Counted from the stretch's first letter, positions 38,082 through 53,700 are shown. The stretch is 64,000 nt of DNA from Bugula neritina (GCA_964035545.1 OZ037766.1:14932722-14996721), one strand, 5' to 3'. Numbers and translations are program-made. Notes: a model not told the origin generated them from the sequence alone.

Positions 38082-41000
38082 GTTTTAGGAATAATAATAT
38101 TTGTATTTGCAACCATGGTTTGTATGACTAATCCGTTGGAACAACTTCTTATAAAGTTTCTCCTTCAGCTTGAAACATTAAAAAATGTTAGCATTTACTG
38201 CCTGTTGCTGTGCAGATGATTGCTGTGCAGATGGTTGCCAGGCAGATGGTTGCTGTGCAGATGGTTGCTAGGCAGATAGGGTAATATTTTATCTACAGTG
38301 GTCTGACTTGTATCTCACTGATAAGAATTGGTTAAACAATATTTTTTAAAACAGAAGTCATCACCAACCAATGGCAATAATATGCAGACTAGGAAATAAC
38401 TGGAATATAACTTGTAAATATTTGATTAGAAATAGACAGATGCTGATATGCTGTGAGTTGGGAACCTTTTGATTTAAGATGCTTAATTTTAGTATAATTC
38501 AATATATATCTATCATATGAGACTATACTATATATACTGTTATACATCTGCAATATATGAATGCCTTTCATGATGGAGGATGTTTATAAGAGGCTATATT
38601 AATAAATACTATACTAAGTTGTGTGGAATTCTGTGCAAGCAGAAAAAACTGTACTGTGGTTAGCAAAAAGAGGACTGGTATGATAACGTAAACGATGGAG
38701 TTCAGAAGTACATGTAGTGAATCTGATATATGATAATTTATAAAGTTGGCTCTGCGGTTCATTTTAATAATATCACTTGTAGATGAAAAACACTTGACCA
38801 TACGCAGTTGATTTTTATTTTTAGTTCACATATGCTTTGTTTACATCCCACAGCAGTCATAACAGTTGAAACATAAAAATACTATCACACAACCTACTTA
38901 GCTTGGTAAAAACTGGCTTCAATCCATAAAATATAATATAGATCAGCACTTTTACTACAACAGCTGTCATTTATCTGTAGCACACACTCAAGGTACTAAT
39001 ATATATGCTTAAAACCTAAGTTACTTTGGGAGGTGTTTTTGACATTCATGGCCATCACATTTTGAGTCAATAGAGCAGTTTGCTATAGAACGTCCCACTA
39101 ACAATTAGCCACGAGTCTCCAAGGAGTTTCACTAGTAAACCAGTTCTAGTGTAGAAAGTAACAGCAGTTTATGCTTTACAAAATATAACCACCCAGTAAA
39201 TGCCGTTGACATTCTACCGCAGCTCACAAAACTATAGATGCCTACATAATATATTTGTAGTTCTACAACTATTAGAATAATTAATGGCCGCTACATATTT
39301 TAAACTTGACCATAATAGTCTTTAAGACTGATTCTCAAACTCATATATACCTGGAAGATCAAAATTAAGTCAAGGAAAAACAACATACTGGAATTGTTTT
39401 GAGTACCACTTAAGCTCATAAATATATTGTACGATACCAATATATAAAATGAGTTGACACTCTTTTAAAACAAAATTGAGTCTAATTTTATATATATTAA
39501 AACTCTCAGCTTGTGTTAACATCCTGTACCATATAAATGAAAACTCACATTACATGAAATGGTATCAAGCATTGCATAACAGTAGGTGATACGTGGCATA
39601 TCTCAGTAGGTTGTTAGCAGCATGAGAGAGACCAATGATCTGAGAATAGTCGTCATCACACCCTAGTGCCAGCACTACTTAGGGTATAGTACACACAGAG
39701 TAGCTATAAAACTTCCTACTGTATTTCTGCTTACAACCTCTTTATCGGACATTACTAAATAACACTGCTGCTGCTATGCCTGGTGCAATGCATTTTTCTC
39801 CCATTTAGTAACCAATGCTCTACTTTATCTGAAAGTTATTATAAAAAAAGAATAAAAGCAAACTTTTGAAAACAATCTGCTAGTTATTATTGTGATTTGG
39901 TTTGTCAGCTATGTTTAGCGTTTTTACCATTGTTGGTAAGCATCACACACTGGTACAGTATATGGAAATTATGAAGCTGAGAATGATGAGAGTCGAGCTC
40001 TGGTTACATATTAATAGTGATTGCAGTGTAGCTTGCAAATGTCTCAAATATATAAACTTGAGCTTGTTTTTTATACAATATATTTTATGATCAGTTTACT
40101 TACTATATAACCATAGTACTTGTTGAGACACTAGATAAAGGAACATAGTGTTTGAAGTGGTACTAAGTTGGTCAAAGTAGTTATGACTCTTTCTTCAAAT
40201 AAATGCTAGTTACAAACTTTTTATGTTTGCTTATGGTATACAAGCCATATTTATTCTTGCTGTTAATTATACTACAAAAATTGATAAATTTATTGACTTA
40301 ATAAAGAGCAGCATTTAAATAGTTTGTATTAATGCAACTAGAATTACAATGTAATTATTCATGTAAATAAAAGTTGGAGCTGTAGGCTAGTTTAATTAGC
40401 ACCAGTGGTGTAGTAGGCATTCAACGGTTCTAACTAAAAATTCCAAATTTAATAATAGTGTCAATGTATGTGTACATTTTTTCAAGAGCCTATTTATTAA
40501 GAGCATAACTATATACACTATATTATACATAATGCACCCACAGAATGTATAATAATACTTATACGAGTTTTTGATTGAAGTTAGAGTTGTATTCTCATTG
40601 TATTGTATTTATGGAGAGGACTATTTCTATATGCCCCTCATCTTATGAGGCCACTGATAGAGTTTTATTATACCTGACATTGGTTCAAGCTCTTTTTAAA
40701 AAGATGGAAGCCTCTCCCATAGTGTTAACTTCAAATTAAAAAGCCCAAACAACTAAGCTATTTAGCTCATCTATAGTTTGATAGAATATTATAAAGTCAT
40801 ATAAAAATATATATTTATTACTTCCCAATACAGAATTAATTCACATTTGAACAAAGCTTTAATGTTTCTTGTCTTTTACTTTATTGAGTCAATTAGTGTT
40901 GTTTTATGTTACCAATTGCCTTATGAAAAAAAATATTGGTAAAATTTAGATAAGAATAGCAGTATATGCTAATAACCTAAATTGACTATAAAATGTATGT

Positions 41001-44000
41001 AAAAATTGAATAAAACCTCTCATTAGTCATCTATGAGGGCCTTTTTCTGCTAACAAAGTTTCATATCAAGTAATATTTCCAATTTATTGAACATGTTTGT
41101 AATGTTGCAGTAAATCAGCATGTAAAATCAGTGTTTAAATAATATACTTCTATTCAAATGATGCTAAATACTACTGGTGATTACAGTCTAGACTCTAGAC
41201 TCAAAAGTGACTTTTAAGCTCGTTATTTTCTCTATTGTAAAAAGAAGATAACTCAAAATTATCAGATACACTCGCATCATAAAGCATAGATAACACTGGA
41301 TAGTTTGTCTATGGCAGGATGTATATATTATGATTAGCCAGTTAATATAAACAATGTAGATATATAGGTCATGCATAAAATAACTGTTGTCTTTTGACTA
41401 AAAGACATGAACCATCAGTCCATTGATAATAATGTATGGGCGTCATAGAGCGATTAAAAACTTGTTTACAGAAATAAAAACCAAGTCAGGATTTTGTTTA
41501 AATTATTGAGATTTGCAGTAACTTCCAGATGTGTTTTTACCAACTTATCAGTTCTTCCAGGCCCAGGTCTGTCATATCACTGACTTGGTAAAAAGATAGC
41601 TACTTGTCATATAAACAATGGCAGTGGTTGATCGCATAATTGTTACTATATATATCACGCCTGTTTCATGTCACTTCAGTGAAAGCAGTCACTTACACTA
41701 AAAAGAAGGTGTATTTAGTAGCGATTTGCATAAAACAAAAAGCAGTTGTCTGAAACAAAAAGAAGTACTAGTTTATGGCCAACAGTTGCCAAATGCTTAT
41801 TTGCTCTGCCAGGAATTGACTCAGTTGCTAAACTGACAGTCAACTATGTTGACATAAACAATAAGATTTCCTTGACCTTCAGTCACAGAAACATACTTCT
41901 GGTAGAATAAAAGTGACATCTTTTTGTTGAATTATTGTAGCAAAGACTCACTGTTTTTTGTAAATAGGAGTTGTGTACTTATGGAATTGTTAATTGCGCT
42001 TAAAAATAAATTGAATTATATATTATAATGGAGAGAACTAAAAATAGCACTGAATTGCGTCATGGTCATTATTAACTAATGCACCACCGCGTTATTAAAC
42101 GGTGTTTTCAAATTAATATTTTATGCAACCACCTATAATGCAATAGTGGTAGCGTGACTTGCTTATAAATATTTATTGATTTAATAATTTGCTATTTTAT
42201 ATTCCCATGCCTAATGGAATGAAGGTAGATAGTTTGATAACAAAACAATGTTCAAACAAAAATTGAATAATTACAATGTTTTTTAAATCTGCTTTCAGTT
42301 TTATATTGAGCTAATAAATTTTGATCTCAAAAGATAAAACATATTTTGAAAAGTAAAATGGTAGATGTCTCTGCATAGCAGACTGCGCAGCTGAGGGAAA
42401 GTCTGTAAATATTATTGTATAACAATTAATAAAAAGGCTTGTGTGAACTTGTGCAGCAGCACGAACTATGTTTTTAATTTGCTTCTAATCACAAGATCAT
42501 AAAGTGAGTAGGCATGCAATGGGATATGCTATTGATTAGCTTAGCTAAACAATATAATAGATTGCATTGAAACATACTCAGCCGTGAAAGATTACTAGTT
42601 ATTTACTCTATTGCCTCCTCAAATACAGTCAGGTTCAATGGCTATATGGTTTGGCACAGTGACCTGCGGTGCCACACTGCACACTCCGATTATTTATTGA
42701 ACTTACCCTGCAGTGAGCAAATATTACCTGCTTCGGAATCTGCAGACGAACAGACAGCCGTACTGGTGCGCTTGAAGGTTCAGAAAAGGTTTACAGTATC
42801 TCACGTATTTATATAGCTCAGGATCAGCAGTATACGTGAAGAAGAAGTAGTAGAGTAAGCAATTCGTCATTCCAGCAGGTCTTTCATGGTTACGCATAAG
42901 CAGTTGGCAACACAGTGTGGAATGAATACATTTGAGGAAGTGGTAACCTACAACATACAAAAGAAGACCGATTACGCATTTCTTGCTGCTTTGACTGTGT
43001 TGGCCTAAACAGGTGGAAGAAGTTTTGTTGCGTCTGCTTAAGCCCAGTTGATGGTCTTTTTTTATCTCTCACTGCGCTAAGCAGGATATCACCAAACTGT
43101 CAGGATTTTAATCATTTGAGGATTTTATGCGATTAAGATAACATCTCGACTCCCCTAAAGCTCCATTTTATAAAAGGTGTCGTGTACTGGAACTAACTTG
43201 AAGTCTGCTGCCGCTGAAGATGCCTCACATACCGCACAACCGACCCAGGAGATTCTCCTGTCCCACGGGAGAATTACCAATGTACAGTCACCTACACCCT
43301 TTGGATACGGTGAATGAGAATACCATACTATACTCTCCTAAGAGGAAAAAGAAAGGCCGTAAAGGAAGGGCGTCGTTTTCTGGTCCGTCCGGAGATCCAG
43401 TAAGTTTAATCAACAAAGTCTGTTTCTAATACGTTGTTTGCTGCCTGCTACTAAATGCTGTGGCGTTTCCGTTGATCACAGCCTGAGTCTCTTAACACAT
43501 GCCTGTTTAAGGACATGTTCAGACCAAAACATTCTATTCGATCATCTTGGCCCTCACTCTTAATAATTACTTTCTAGAACTTGTAGCACTTGTCTAACTC
43601 TCCATTAATATTAAGAAATTGGTGGATTAGGGGTTGTAAATAGTAGTGCTTGCCTGTTTTGTAAGATTAGTAGCAGGAAATTGCTACCTAGAGTGGTTTC
43701 TCTTCCTGTGAAGTGTTCAGTAGGTTGTGAAGTTAGGCAGCTTTGTTATCTGCATTTGCCTGTCTCAACCCTGAAGTGGCACATCTTTATTTGAGAAATG
43801 TTGGACTATGAATTTATAAAGTTCAGCTAGTATAAAGCATTTATTTTTTTATTTTCATTACAACAAGCAAACAGTTTTGTCAAGTTGACTCAGTAATATC
43901 AATACTTATTACTAATAATGTAGTTACCAATTCTCAGTAATAAAGTAGGTGATGCAACTGTGATCTCACTACACAGAGTTTTATTAATATAGTATTTTGG

Positions 44001-47000
44001 CATTCGTGTAGCTCTTCCTTGATTTGTTGTCAAAAATATAAATGCGTGATTACATTTATACCATCCTTTTCAGTCGCTATATATTGATATTTAAACTGCA
44101 AGTGAAAACGTTTTTGTTTTGTAGTGACTTGTATATGCCTTCTAATGCTAAGGTAGTTGGCTATTCATTGCTGCTGCTTATACAAAGTTGCAGAGCTTAG
44201 AATAACATACACTAATGTAATGTAATCATACACCACTAATCTCCAAGGCCTACCAACCAGGATGTAGAGCAAAATGAAGTATGCTTTACTTAACTTCTTA
44301 AATCCAATCATTGTTCCCTTTAGAATTGAGTTATATTATTATTAGCTAGCATAGCAGGCAGAGTTGGCTTATATTATAGGGTGGTATGACTGATTACTCA
44401 AGGCTATAACTGCATATAATGTTATAACAAATCTTATCTCCCAGAATAATCAGCTACTAATGTCTATATCTAAAGATTACTGCAATGTGTGTTTAGTGGC
44501 CATAGCCTCAGTGCCTTGGTTGTTGGAGATAAGTTTCTATTAGTGAACTATATATACTAAAAGATTGAGCAAATCAGCTCTGGACCATGGAACTTATTGC
44601 TGCTAAATTGTCAGAGAAATAACAAAACAGAAGATGAATGCTAGTTTTACAATGTATTGTCTTCTAAAAACAGGCTACCATTCATTCCTGAAACCAGAAA
44701 GCACTATCATTATTCTCATTGAGCACGAATAGGTTGGAGATTGTTCATATCTATTATATTGATTTTAATCTAATTAGATTCTTAAAATAGTGTTAGAAGA
44801 GCCCTTACTGTAGGTATGCACTTGTCACATTCTTGGTATAGGATTCTGTAAGGACTAACTACCCGCAGCACTAGCCATAACCACTTTTCACAGCAAGATG
44901 TCTGCATTTTTTATTATGACATGGAAAAATCAAACTTACTGATTCTCACAATCCCATAATTTTTTAGTTACCTACCAGTATATTCTCTCTTATTTACATT
45001 TACTTTATGATTTGGTTATAATTTAAATATAACACTAATAAATTTCTATGATTTATGATACGTTGAACATGCACTGGAGGCTTACTTCTGCCTTATACCT
45101 ATTTTTCATTTAAAAGCTGTTAAGAACTGTAGCGGAGGAGCCTATAGCATAGACACTTGCTTCTCAAGCGCAGGCTTTAAAACTACCCTCAAGAATGCAT
45201 ACTTAAGTTTAATTACAGGGCAATAATTAGGTTCATGCTACTGACTACTATTGATATAATTCTTACAGCTTTGATATAATAAGTTGTAATTAGCAACCAG
45301 TAATTATTTGCACCTCTAGTAATCCACTCTCAGTTCCTTTATAGTTAGTCCATAAAAGGATCATAAAATGTTCCCTGGTAAGGTGTAGGCATTCATGAGA
45401 TGCTGTATTATGTTCAGTGTACTTATACAATCTCATATCTGTAGTCTGAGTAGCAATGCATTAAATCACAGATATGTGTCCATTTTGCACACATTGACTT
45501 AATAATGTTTTAGTTTAACATTTGGTTTGGACCGGATTTTGATTGCTTTATTTTGAAAACTACAAGTTTTCATGCTCTAAAGTATAAAATATATTTGCTT
45601 GCATTGCTGCTTTTTAACAAAAACTGCAGCTCTGTATTTGCTCCATGATGTCATGCTGAATAATATTTTAATCAAACTTTCAAGTTTTAGGTTTCAGAAT
45701 ACTTTATTGTCTTTAAATATTAGTTAATAGAGAGAGTCTAAAGTCTAAATAGAGAAATTTTATAATCTTGTTTAAATGCAGGATAAAGTTAGATATTGCA
45801 TGCTGCCTGGTTATCTGGTATTTGGTACAAGGCTTGAAAGAACTAGTCAGAATATTATTACCAGGCTTGGAGAAATAATTTGTGTGTCCTTGAAAACCCC
45901 CAAACCTATAATGCAAGCATTATTACAGTGACACAGTAATTAAGCTTATAGCAATGCATTTAGTATTGGTTAACTAGGCACTAGTAATTTGGTAATTTGC
46001 TGAAATGTATCTTCCTGAAAGAAGGAGGTAGTTTACACCTGTACTTCTGTGATCAGACGTTGTGGAGATGTTGCTATTGGTTTAGCTGCATGAACAGTTT
46101 GGCACTCGATTGAATTAAGGGGGATGTGACTACCCACCAACTTCGTAGTCTGGATTTATGCTACAAAGTGTAGCTTCTTGGCAAATTGCTCTAAATCCCG
46201 TCTCTAATGCAACATTGATGGGCTATTGTACATAAGTTGCACTGATTTAATCACCTTTTTATGAGACCTGGTCTTTGGTCATGGCCACATTTGCAATTCA
46301 TATTACATTATTAACGGCTCCTTGCTCAGATGGGTGTGCTGAGAGCTCTGGTAAAGGATTCACCTGTTTCCATGTATAATTCTTCACCTGTCTGCGGCAA
46401 GTTTGATCAGAGAGCTCAATACAGATCTCCAGTAATTTGTTCATCTTATGAGGGAAACTGTAACAGCTGCGGTTGTAGTTAAACTGGGATATGTGGGAAA
46501 CCAGTGAATATCTTGCAGCTTTAAGACACTTGATTTACCAAAGTAGACAAATGCTGTGTTTGAGCAGCTGGGTTAGCAAATTCCTGTCGTGTGTGCTAAC
46601 CCGATCAAGTTATAAAATTTATTTAGTGTTTTACATAACATGAAAAGACCAGAGCATTGGATATACATATTTTGTTCTTTCTAATTGAGTCTTTAGGGAA
46701 TGGTTTTGTCACAAACATCAAGTTAATAGGCTGCTACCCGTAGATGATCTACAGGGCATATCCACAATTGCTAAAATGCAGTGAATATCAAGCGGTGTGC
46801 TATTTGTTTAAGTATATTTCTAGAATCTTAGAACGAGTCTCTAGATAACTCAGCTATTATAGAAACACTAGTCTTATCTCCAAGTTGGAGTAGGTATCCC
46901 TTGATAATAACTCCTGCTTTAGTGTTGTTTACAGTGAATAAGTGTCTTTAGTCTTCACAGCTCAGAATCCTGCCATACCAAATCGCAGTGAATCTTTCAT

Positions 47001-50000
47001 GTACAAAGCAACATGTCTTTTATTTTATGAACAGACAACTCTTGCTAGAAGCAACTTCATATCTATATCCTAAACAAGTTAGATCCTGAGAAATGCTAAA
47101 CCAGCAACCATAGTTTGCAGATATAAGATGTATATTGCTGTGTATATTAGCTGTTAAAAATTCTACTCTGCTAATTGGTGCATAAACAGAGCAATTTGCA
47201 CTTATTAAACAGCAATAATATTATTTATAGAAACATTTTACAGATTTCTGACCTCTGCTTACTAATAACCTGGGGTCTGAATTGACCTGTTCAATTATTT
47301 AGTATCAGGGCTGCCATATAGCAGGCCAAACTTGCACCTGAAAAGCTGTAGGCGTAGTTGTTAACCAAGGAAGTTCACTCACTGCTGATCTGAAATAATA
47401 CATGTGTGGGTGGCTTTGTGAGTGGTAGATGACTTGTCCTAAGGTTAATCTTCTGTAGCAGCCCAGAACTGTTCTACATATGTAAACATCAGCTTGGAAT
47501 ATCAAACATGAAAGATAATACATATTTGTGATTTTAACGCAGTTCTGCAGAAGGCTGCTCACCGCTTGAATATTAGCAGTATTATAAGAAATTTGTTGAG
47601 GGTTGTCGTTCAGAAATGTTACAGCTTTGATAACCGCCAATAAAGCACAATATTATGGTGATTTATTAAGTTAGTTACTTAGGTTGTTTCATAGAAATTA
47701 TAGTTTTTTGAATGCTTGTAACATGAGAAGTTTTCTACTTATGGAATAAAACATTTGAGTTAAAAACCTTGTTGTCAAACCAAAAAATTATAAACTCAAG
47801 CAAAAACCTATATCTCTGCACCTATTCTAATAATAAAACTTGGTGGATTTATTAAATTTAAAACTTGTAAAGTGATCTTTTAGTTTTGAAATTTCATAGC
47901 ATTGCTTATAATAGGTTGTATTATGAATTTTCAGTGGGAAATGTGGAACTGATTATTTTATTTGTAGACAACATTTAAAGTGAGTATAAGTTACATATTG
48001 ATAAATATAGCAAGCGAGTGGCATGTTCACTCCTTGTGATTAGCTGCTTTAGTTTTCTTATTGCAGTCAATTTAAAGTTAGATATTTGACCTGAAGTTGT
48101 TCGGATGTTTTCTTCCTTTGGATCAGTTTATTCACCTTACAGTTCAGCTTATTACTGTTTTACTAAGGGCAGTATTAACTAGCATAGAAGTAGTATTGTA
48201 GTTTATTGATGTTATGTTTATTATTATAGTACTCTACATGCAGATTTATTGTACAGTCCTTGTATTATAGTACAAAAACATGAAGTTAGGACAACACACA
48301 CATCTGGAAGTACAATATTTTATATAAATTTCCAGCAAGGCTGCTTTCAGGTGATGAACACTTTTATCTTTTCATTAGATCAGTTCACTATCAGATTTTC
48401 TTTGATCAAAGATGCACATAATATATAGATGTGTTTATAATTATTGGTATAGAAAGCATTCATTGTAGTATAGTTATTAATAGCCTTGTTTTCATCTTAC
48501 TAAGGTTGTTTTTATCTATGATGTTGGCGAGCTGCCTCAAATTCTAAAAATAGATTGCTCACATCAAAACATGCAATGCATTATGGGTGGTCATATTGAA
48601 TAGCCTTTGTTATAACTACAATGTATGTAGCATAGAAAGTTGAAAAAAAGACTTGATGATAAAACTAACGCAGCTTAGCTTAGTTCCTTTAAGACTTAAG
48701 TTGTTTACTTTACAACCAGGCAAGCACCCCCTAGTATAAATTAGCTTGTAATATTTACAGGCACTTTATGCAAAAACTTGTTATGCACATAAAGGTTCTA
48801 AGTAAACTACCTAGTCTGAACTTTTGTGAAACTGACGGCTCCAAAAAATAATAACAATTTTAACAGTCCTTCAGTTTGTAGGTAACTAATAGTCAAAGCT
48901 ATTTCTAGCGCCTGGTAGTAGAGATAAACAAATAATAACTTGTTTTATAAAAATGAATCAGAATAAATTTGTACGTCCTATATTGTATTAAATTTATATA
49001 ATATAAGACTCGTGTTATTTGTATATATGTGGCACTCATTTAATACTATAACTGTATAAGTGTACATGAATTTGATCACACCTTTACTTGACAGTACTGT
49101 ATTTATTTATGTTATTTAGCTAAAAATAATCTATTCACCATTAGCTCTAAATTCTAATGTATTACTATAAAAAACAGAGTAGCAGAAACTGAATCGATAC
49201 AATGCAATTATTTCTCCACATGTAGTGTATATTTTCAGAGATTGTTACGTATATTTTCACATTTTTGTACAAACTATTACCCCCTTTCTATCTAAATCAT
49301 GCCAATCTCTACTAGAGATACTAATTTGGGCAAATACAATTCATTTTTGAAAATATATATTTAAAGAGTTTTTGTTTATAGCTTATTTAATAAAGTGAAA
49401 TTAAGGCTAAGCCATCATTAAAGTAAAGAATAGTTTTATGGAGTCATTATTTTTTGTCAAAAGAAAGAGATAATATATATTAGATCACTCAATAAAATGA
49501 AAATAATTACTTTTAATTTGCTTTTTCCGATATTATTACATTATTACTTTAGAGTTTAGTGTAACTAACTTTTTTTATATTTATAAACAAAGTATTAGTA
49601 TGAAATATATTTCATCATAAATTAACTATAATTTGCATATATAGCAATATATGTAGGTTGTGCAACATTAAATTTTGTGAATCAGAATTAAAATAATTAC
49701 GTTTTTGTAAACTTGGAAATTTCTAGATTGATCTTCAGTTTCTCTTTGAATTAAATCATTGCACCTACACCACTTTCATATTATTTTGAAGATGAAACTG
49801 TTATGTTAAAATATATTTAATAAAATAGGCTATAAAACAGTGGCACAACTCCTGCTATTAATGATAATTATTTACCACGTTATTATAAAATATTGGAGTT
49901 GTGTTCTATTCAAAACTCGCATCGCATGGCTGGGTCTTGAAGGTGACCTTGATGCTGATTGGTTCTTACAAACATAATAATCTGGTATCAATAAAAATCC

Positions 50001-50520
50001 TAATAGCAGCTGGAGGAGAATTGTGCAAATTTTCGATTAAAGTTAATTTTAGCATATACTTGTAGCCTAAGAATAAATTACAATTTTAGCAAAACTCTAT
50101 ATCATTGCACTCAACAGCAACAGGTAGTCGCTAATACTAATACTAATAGTAGTTCTAGTTGTAGTATTTTTACTTGTACTATTAAATTTAATATAGTATA
50201 TACTAATACTTAATACTTGATAGTAATACTAGCACTAGCAGTAATAGTAATACTAATACGAATAGTAATAGTAATACCAATAGTAATACTAATACTAATA
50301 CTGTAATAGTAATAGTAACACTAGTACTAATAGTAATAGACGATCACAATATCAATATCAATATGAATATTGATATCATATATGAAATTGAATATCAATA
50401 TGAATATTATTATTAATATTAGTCTTAGTCTCTTACTCTTAGACATATTGATAGTTGCCGTTGGTGTTATAGTTATACTCATAGTTATAGTTTACTACCA
50501 GTTTAATACTAGTATTTATG

Positions 50521-50554
<34 letters not shown>

Positions 50555-50663
50555 CACTACTACCACTACCACCACTACCACCACTACCACCACTACCACC
50601 ACTACCACCACTACCACCACTACCACCACTACCACCACCACTACTACTACCACCACCACCACC

Positions 50664-50705
<42 letters not shown>

Positions 50706-53700
50706 GTACCACTAGTACTACTCTACTACTACTACTACTAGTAGTAAACGGTAATAGTACTAGTACAGTAGTAGTAGTACTAGTAGTAGTAGAGTAATAC
50801 TAATAGTAATAGTAATACTAATAGTAATACTTATACTCGTTACTAATAGTAATAGTAATACTCATTACTAATACTAATAGTAATACTTATACTTATACTT
50901 ATAGTTATAGTATAAGTATAGCATTAACTATAACTATTAATATTACTGATAGTATTACTATTACTATAAGTTAAGTATAAGACTAAGTATTACTTAAACT
51001 TTGAGACGCGAGTTTAAGTTTTAATTATCAGTATGATACAGAATATATGCATGTTATTATTTAATTTATAACTGTACGTTGGTGCCTAATTAATATTTAT
51101 TATAATCATAATAAATTAATAATAATTATCATTATAATTTATAACTATAAGACAATAACACACCTTTAACTCTCAATTTTACTTTTAGCACGTAGTTAGT
51201 AGATTTTGGCTACTCGCTTCGTAATGAAAATACCTTAGAGTTAGACTTGCATTTAGTCTTACTAAGCCTAACTCTTAGACTTGAGACTCGAGTTAATCTA
51301 GCAGATTAGGAGTCCAGCTAAAGTGTATACTCATATTGATATATGTCAAGATGAATGTGAATGGGTTTCCATTGTTGTGTAGAATGAACTCTTTAAACTT
51401 TAGAATTGGTAGCCTCAGTCATGATTATAGGACTAAATATAGCTACTCAGTTTTACTTTAATTTGATAGTTCAATTAGCAAAAGACGGGATTCACTCAAC
51501 ATAGCTAAGTGAATGGACAACATCGGCATCTTGATTTTATTTTCTTCAACTGTTTCTAGAGCAACTCTTTCGCTCAGATTAGGTTCACCTTTTAGCTAAG
51601 TTAGTTTACACAATTATAGTAATACTACAGCTAATGGCTACGTTTAATGTTGCTGCTGAAATTGAGCTATTGTTGAGTCAATCAATGAGTGTTAGTATCA
51701 GTTTGAGTACTAGGCTAATGTGCATGCACCATCAGGATATTGAATTACTCCATCTCCCTCGTAAAACTGAACCTGAACTATTGCTTTGTTTTATTATAGT
51801 TTCAATGGTTAAATTTACTCATAATTTAGTTTTTAGAAATAATTTCACAGTTGCAGTTAATCTAGCAGTAACACAACAGTAATGACTATATGAATATTAA
51901 AAAAATATTTAGCAGGTGCAACTTAGGCAAAAGCTTTGAATATGTCAGGTAGTCTAAATCCATCTAATTTGTTTCCAGTCAGGATATTATGATATCCAAT
52001 AGAACAATCAATTGTAGACTCACAGTTTTATTCATTCTTATCACATTTCTTGAGTTCACTTTTAGTTCATCAAACAATGATATTCATTCTAATATTTTTA
52101 TGCTGCGCATTTGAAGCCCAAATAACCTTTGTACTACTCGGATATTTGGATGGTACTGTGAAACTCGTACTCATACTATAAGAGTCTGAGGTTAAAGTGT
52201 TGAATAGTTCAGTATTAGTATGTAGATAACTCACACTAATACTCACACTAATAATCATACTAATACTAATACTCACACTAATAGTCATACTACTCACACT
52301 AATAGCCATACTAATACTAATAGCCATACTAATACCCATACTAATACTCACACTGATAATCATACTACTCACACTAATAGTCATAATAATACTTGTTTTA
52401 AACTCTATTGAGCTGCACTTAAGAAATCATTGTCCTATATTTAGTAGCTGATGGTGATTAATAAATGCCATTTCAGTTAACTTCTTATTTCTACTGTTGT
52501 TGATTCTCATAGTGATACTAACCTACTGATTTGGATTTCAATCTCAGCTACTCATATTTACGTTAATGGTTATTGATTTCAAGTCAAATATCACAATGAC
52601 ACATTTTAAGACTGGCCTAGTTGCTACTGACTGGATGCAGTAATAGTCATACTGCAGAGTAATCTTTACTTTGGAGTTTGGTTCACTGTCTGTTTAATGG
52701 TATACATAGTTGCAAGGGGCAGTAAAGTTGAGTTTTCAAGAACATTAAACAGAAAGAGACTATGGCTAGTTGATACTTAGTAGTTAATCTAACTTCAGCT
52801 ACTTATCTGGTTATTTCACCACAAATAATCTCTTGTCTAAAACTGTTTATAAGATTTCGAAATGTAAAATTATGTAAATACTTGCTCAATGCTGTTGATC
52901 CATAGGAATAAATATACTTCATCATTGCCGTCTTATTAAAACTATTGGTAGACAGATTGCTAAGGGCTTGGTCATCTCCTGGTCAGTTGATTGCATATAA
53001 TATTATGATGTCTAGATTTAATTCACAATAATGATATATTGGTTGTGTTGCTAGGATCTATCTGACTACACCTTGCCTGGGCTAGACGAAGAAGAAGTTG
53101 ATGGTAATGATTTCCGCCCAAGGTCAGGTTCCGCAGGTATAAAATCACTAATAAAGTTCCGACATAGGAATAAATCCGGGGATATTAAAAATAATTTGGC
53201 ACACGGCACACCTCCCGAGGACCGAAAAGGCATCAAGGGTTTCTTAGACAATTTCAGACCTAGAAGCAAATCAGACGCAACAAGTTTACGACAAGCAGCT
53301 ATGATGAGAAAGAAGCACGCTAGTGGTGGGTCACAGGGGCCTATTGGTGCGTCACAGGGGCCGGATATACAGCATAGACTGACTGATACTCAACAGAGTA
53401 ACATGCTAGGGGGAGGTGACATGGAGCCCATACCTAGGGCTAGGTCCACTTCATTAGGTGCAAAAGATAGACTGAGAATGATAAAGAAAGACATAAGAGT
53501 AACGGGCCAGGCAGCAGTGGCCACTGACAGCACGACTATGATGGGCAAGTTGATATCTTCCAATGGTATCTCTCATCCCAATGGTGCTGGACTCCAGTAT
53601 AACTCCAGTGGATCTGAAAAGGTAAGCAGTTAGTTGCAGTTTCAATACTGTTAGCCAGCTCAGTGGTTATGCTGTGTGTGGCAGCAGCTAAAAATAGCAG

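Noticed and set aside
39911-45377. Other ATG mini-exons with good donors (39911-39935, 45368-45377)
   Set aside because: Both end in phase 1, incompatible with the phase-0 acceptor at 53055, and have no other support.
50370-50741. Poly-Thr and poly-Leu/Pro ORFs
   Set aside because: Translations of the (CTA/CCA)n microsatellite.
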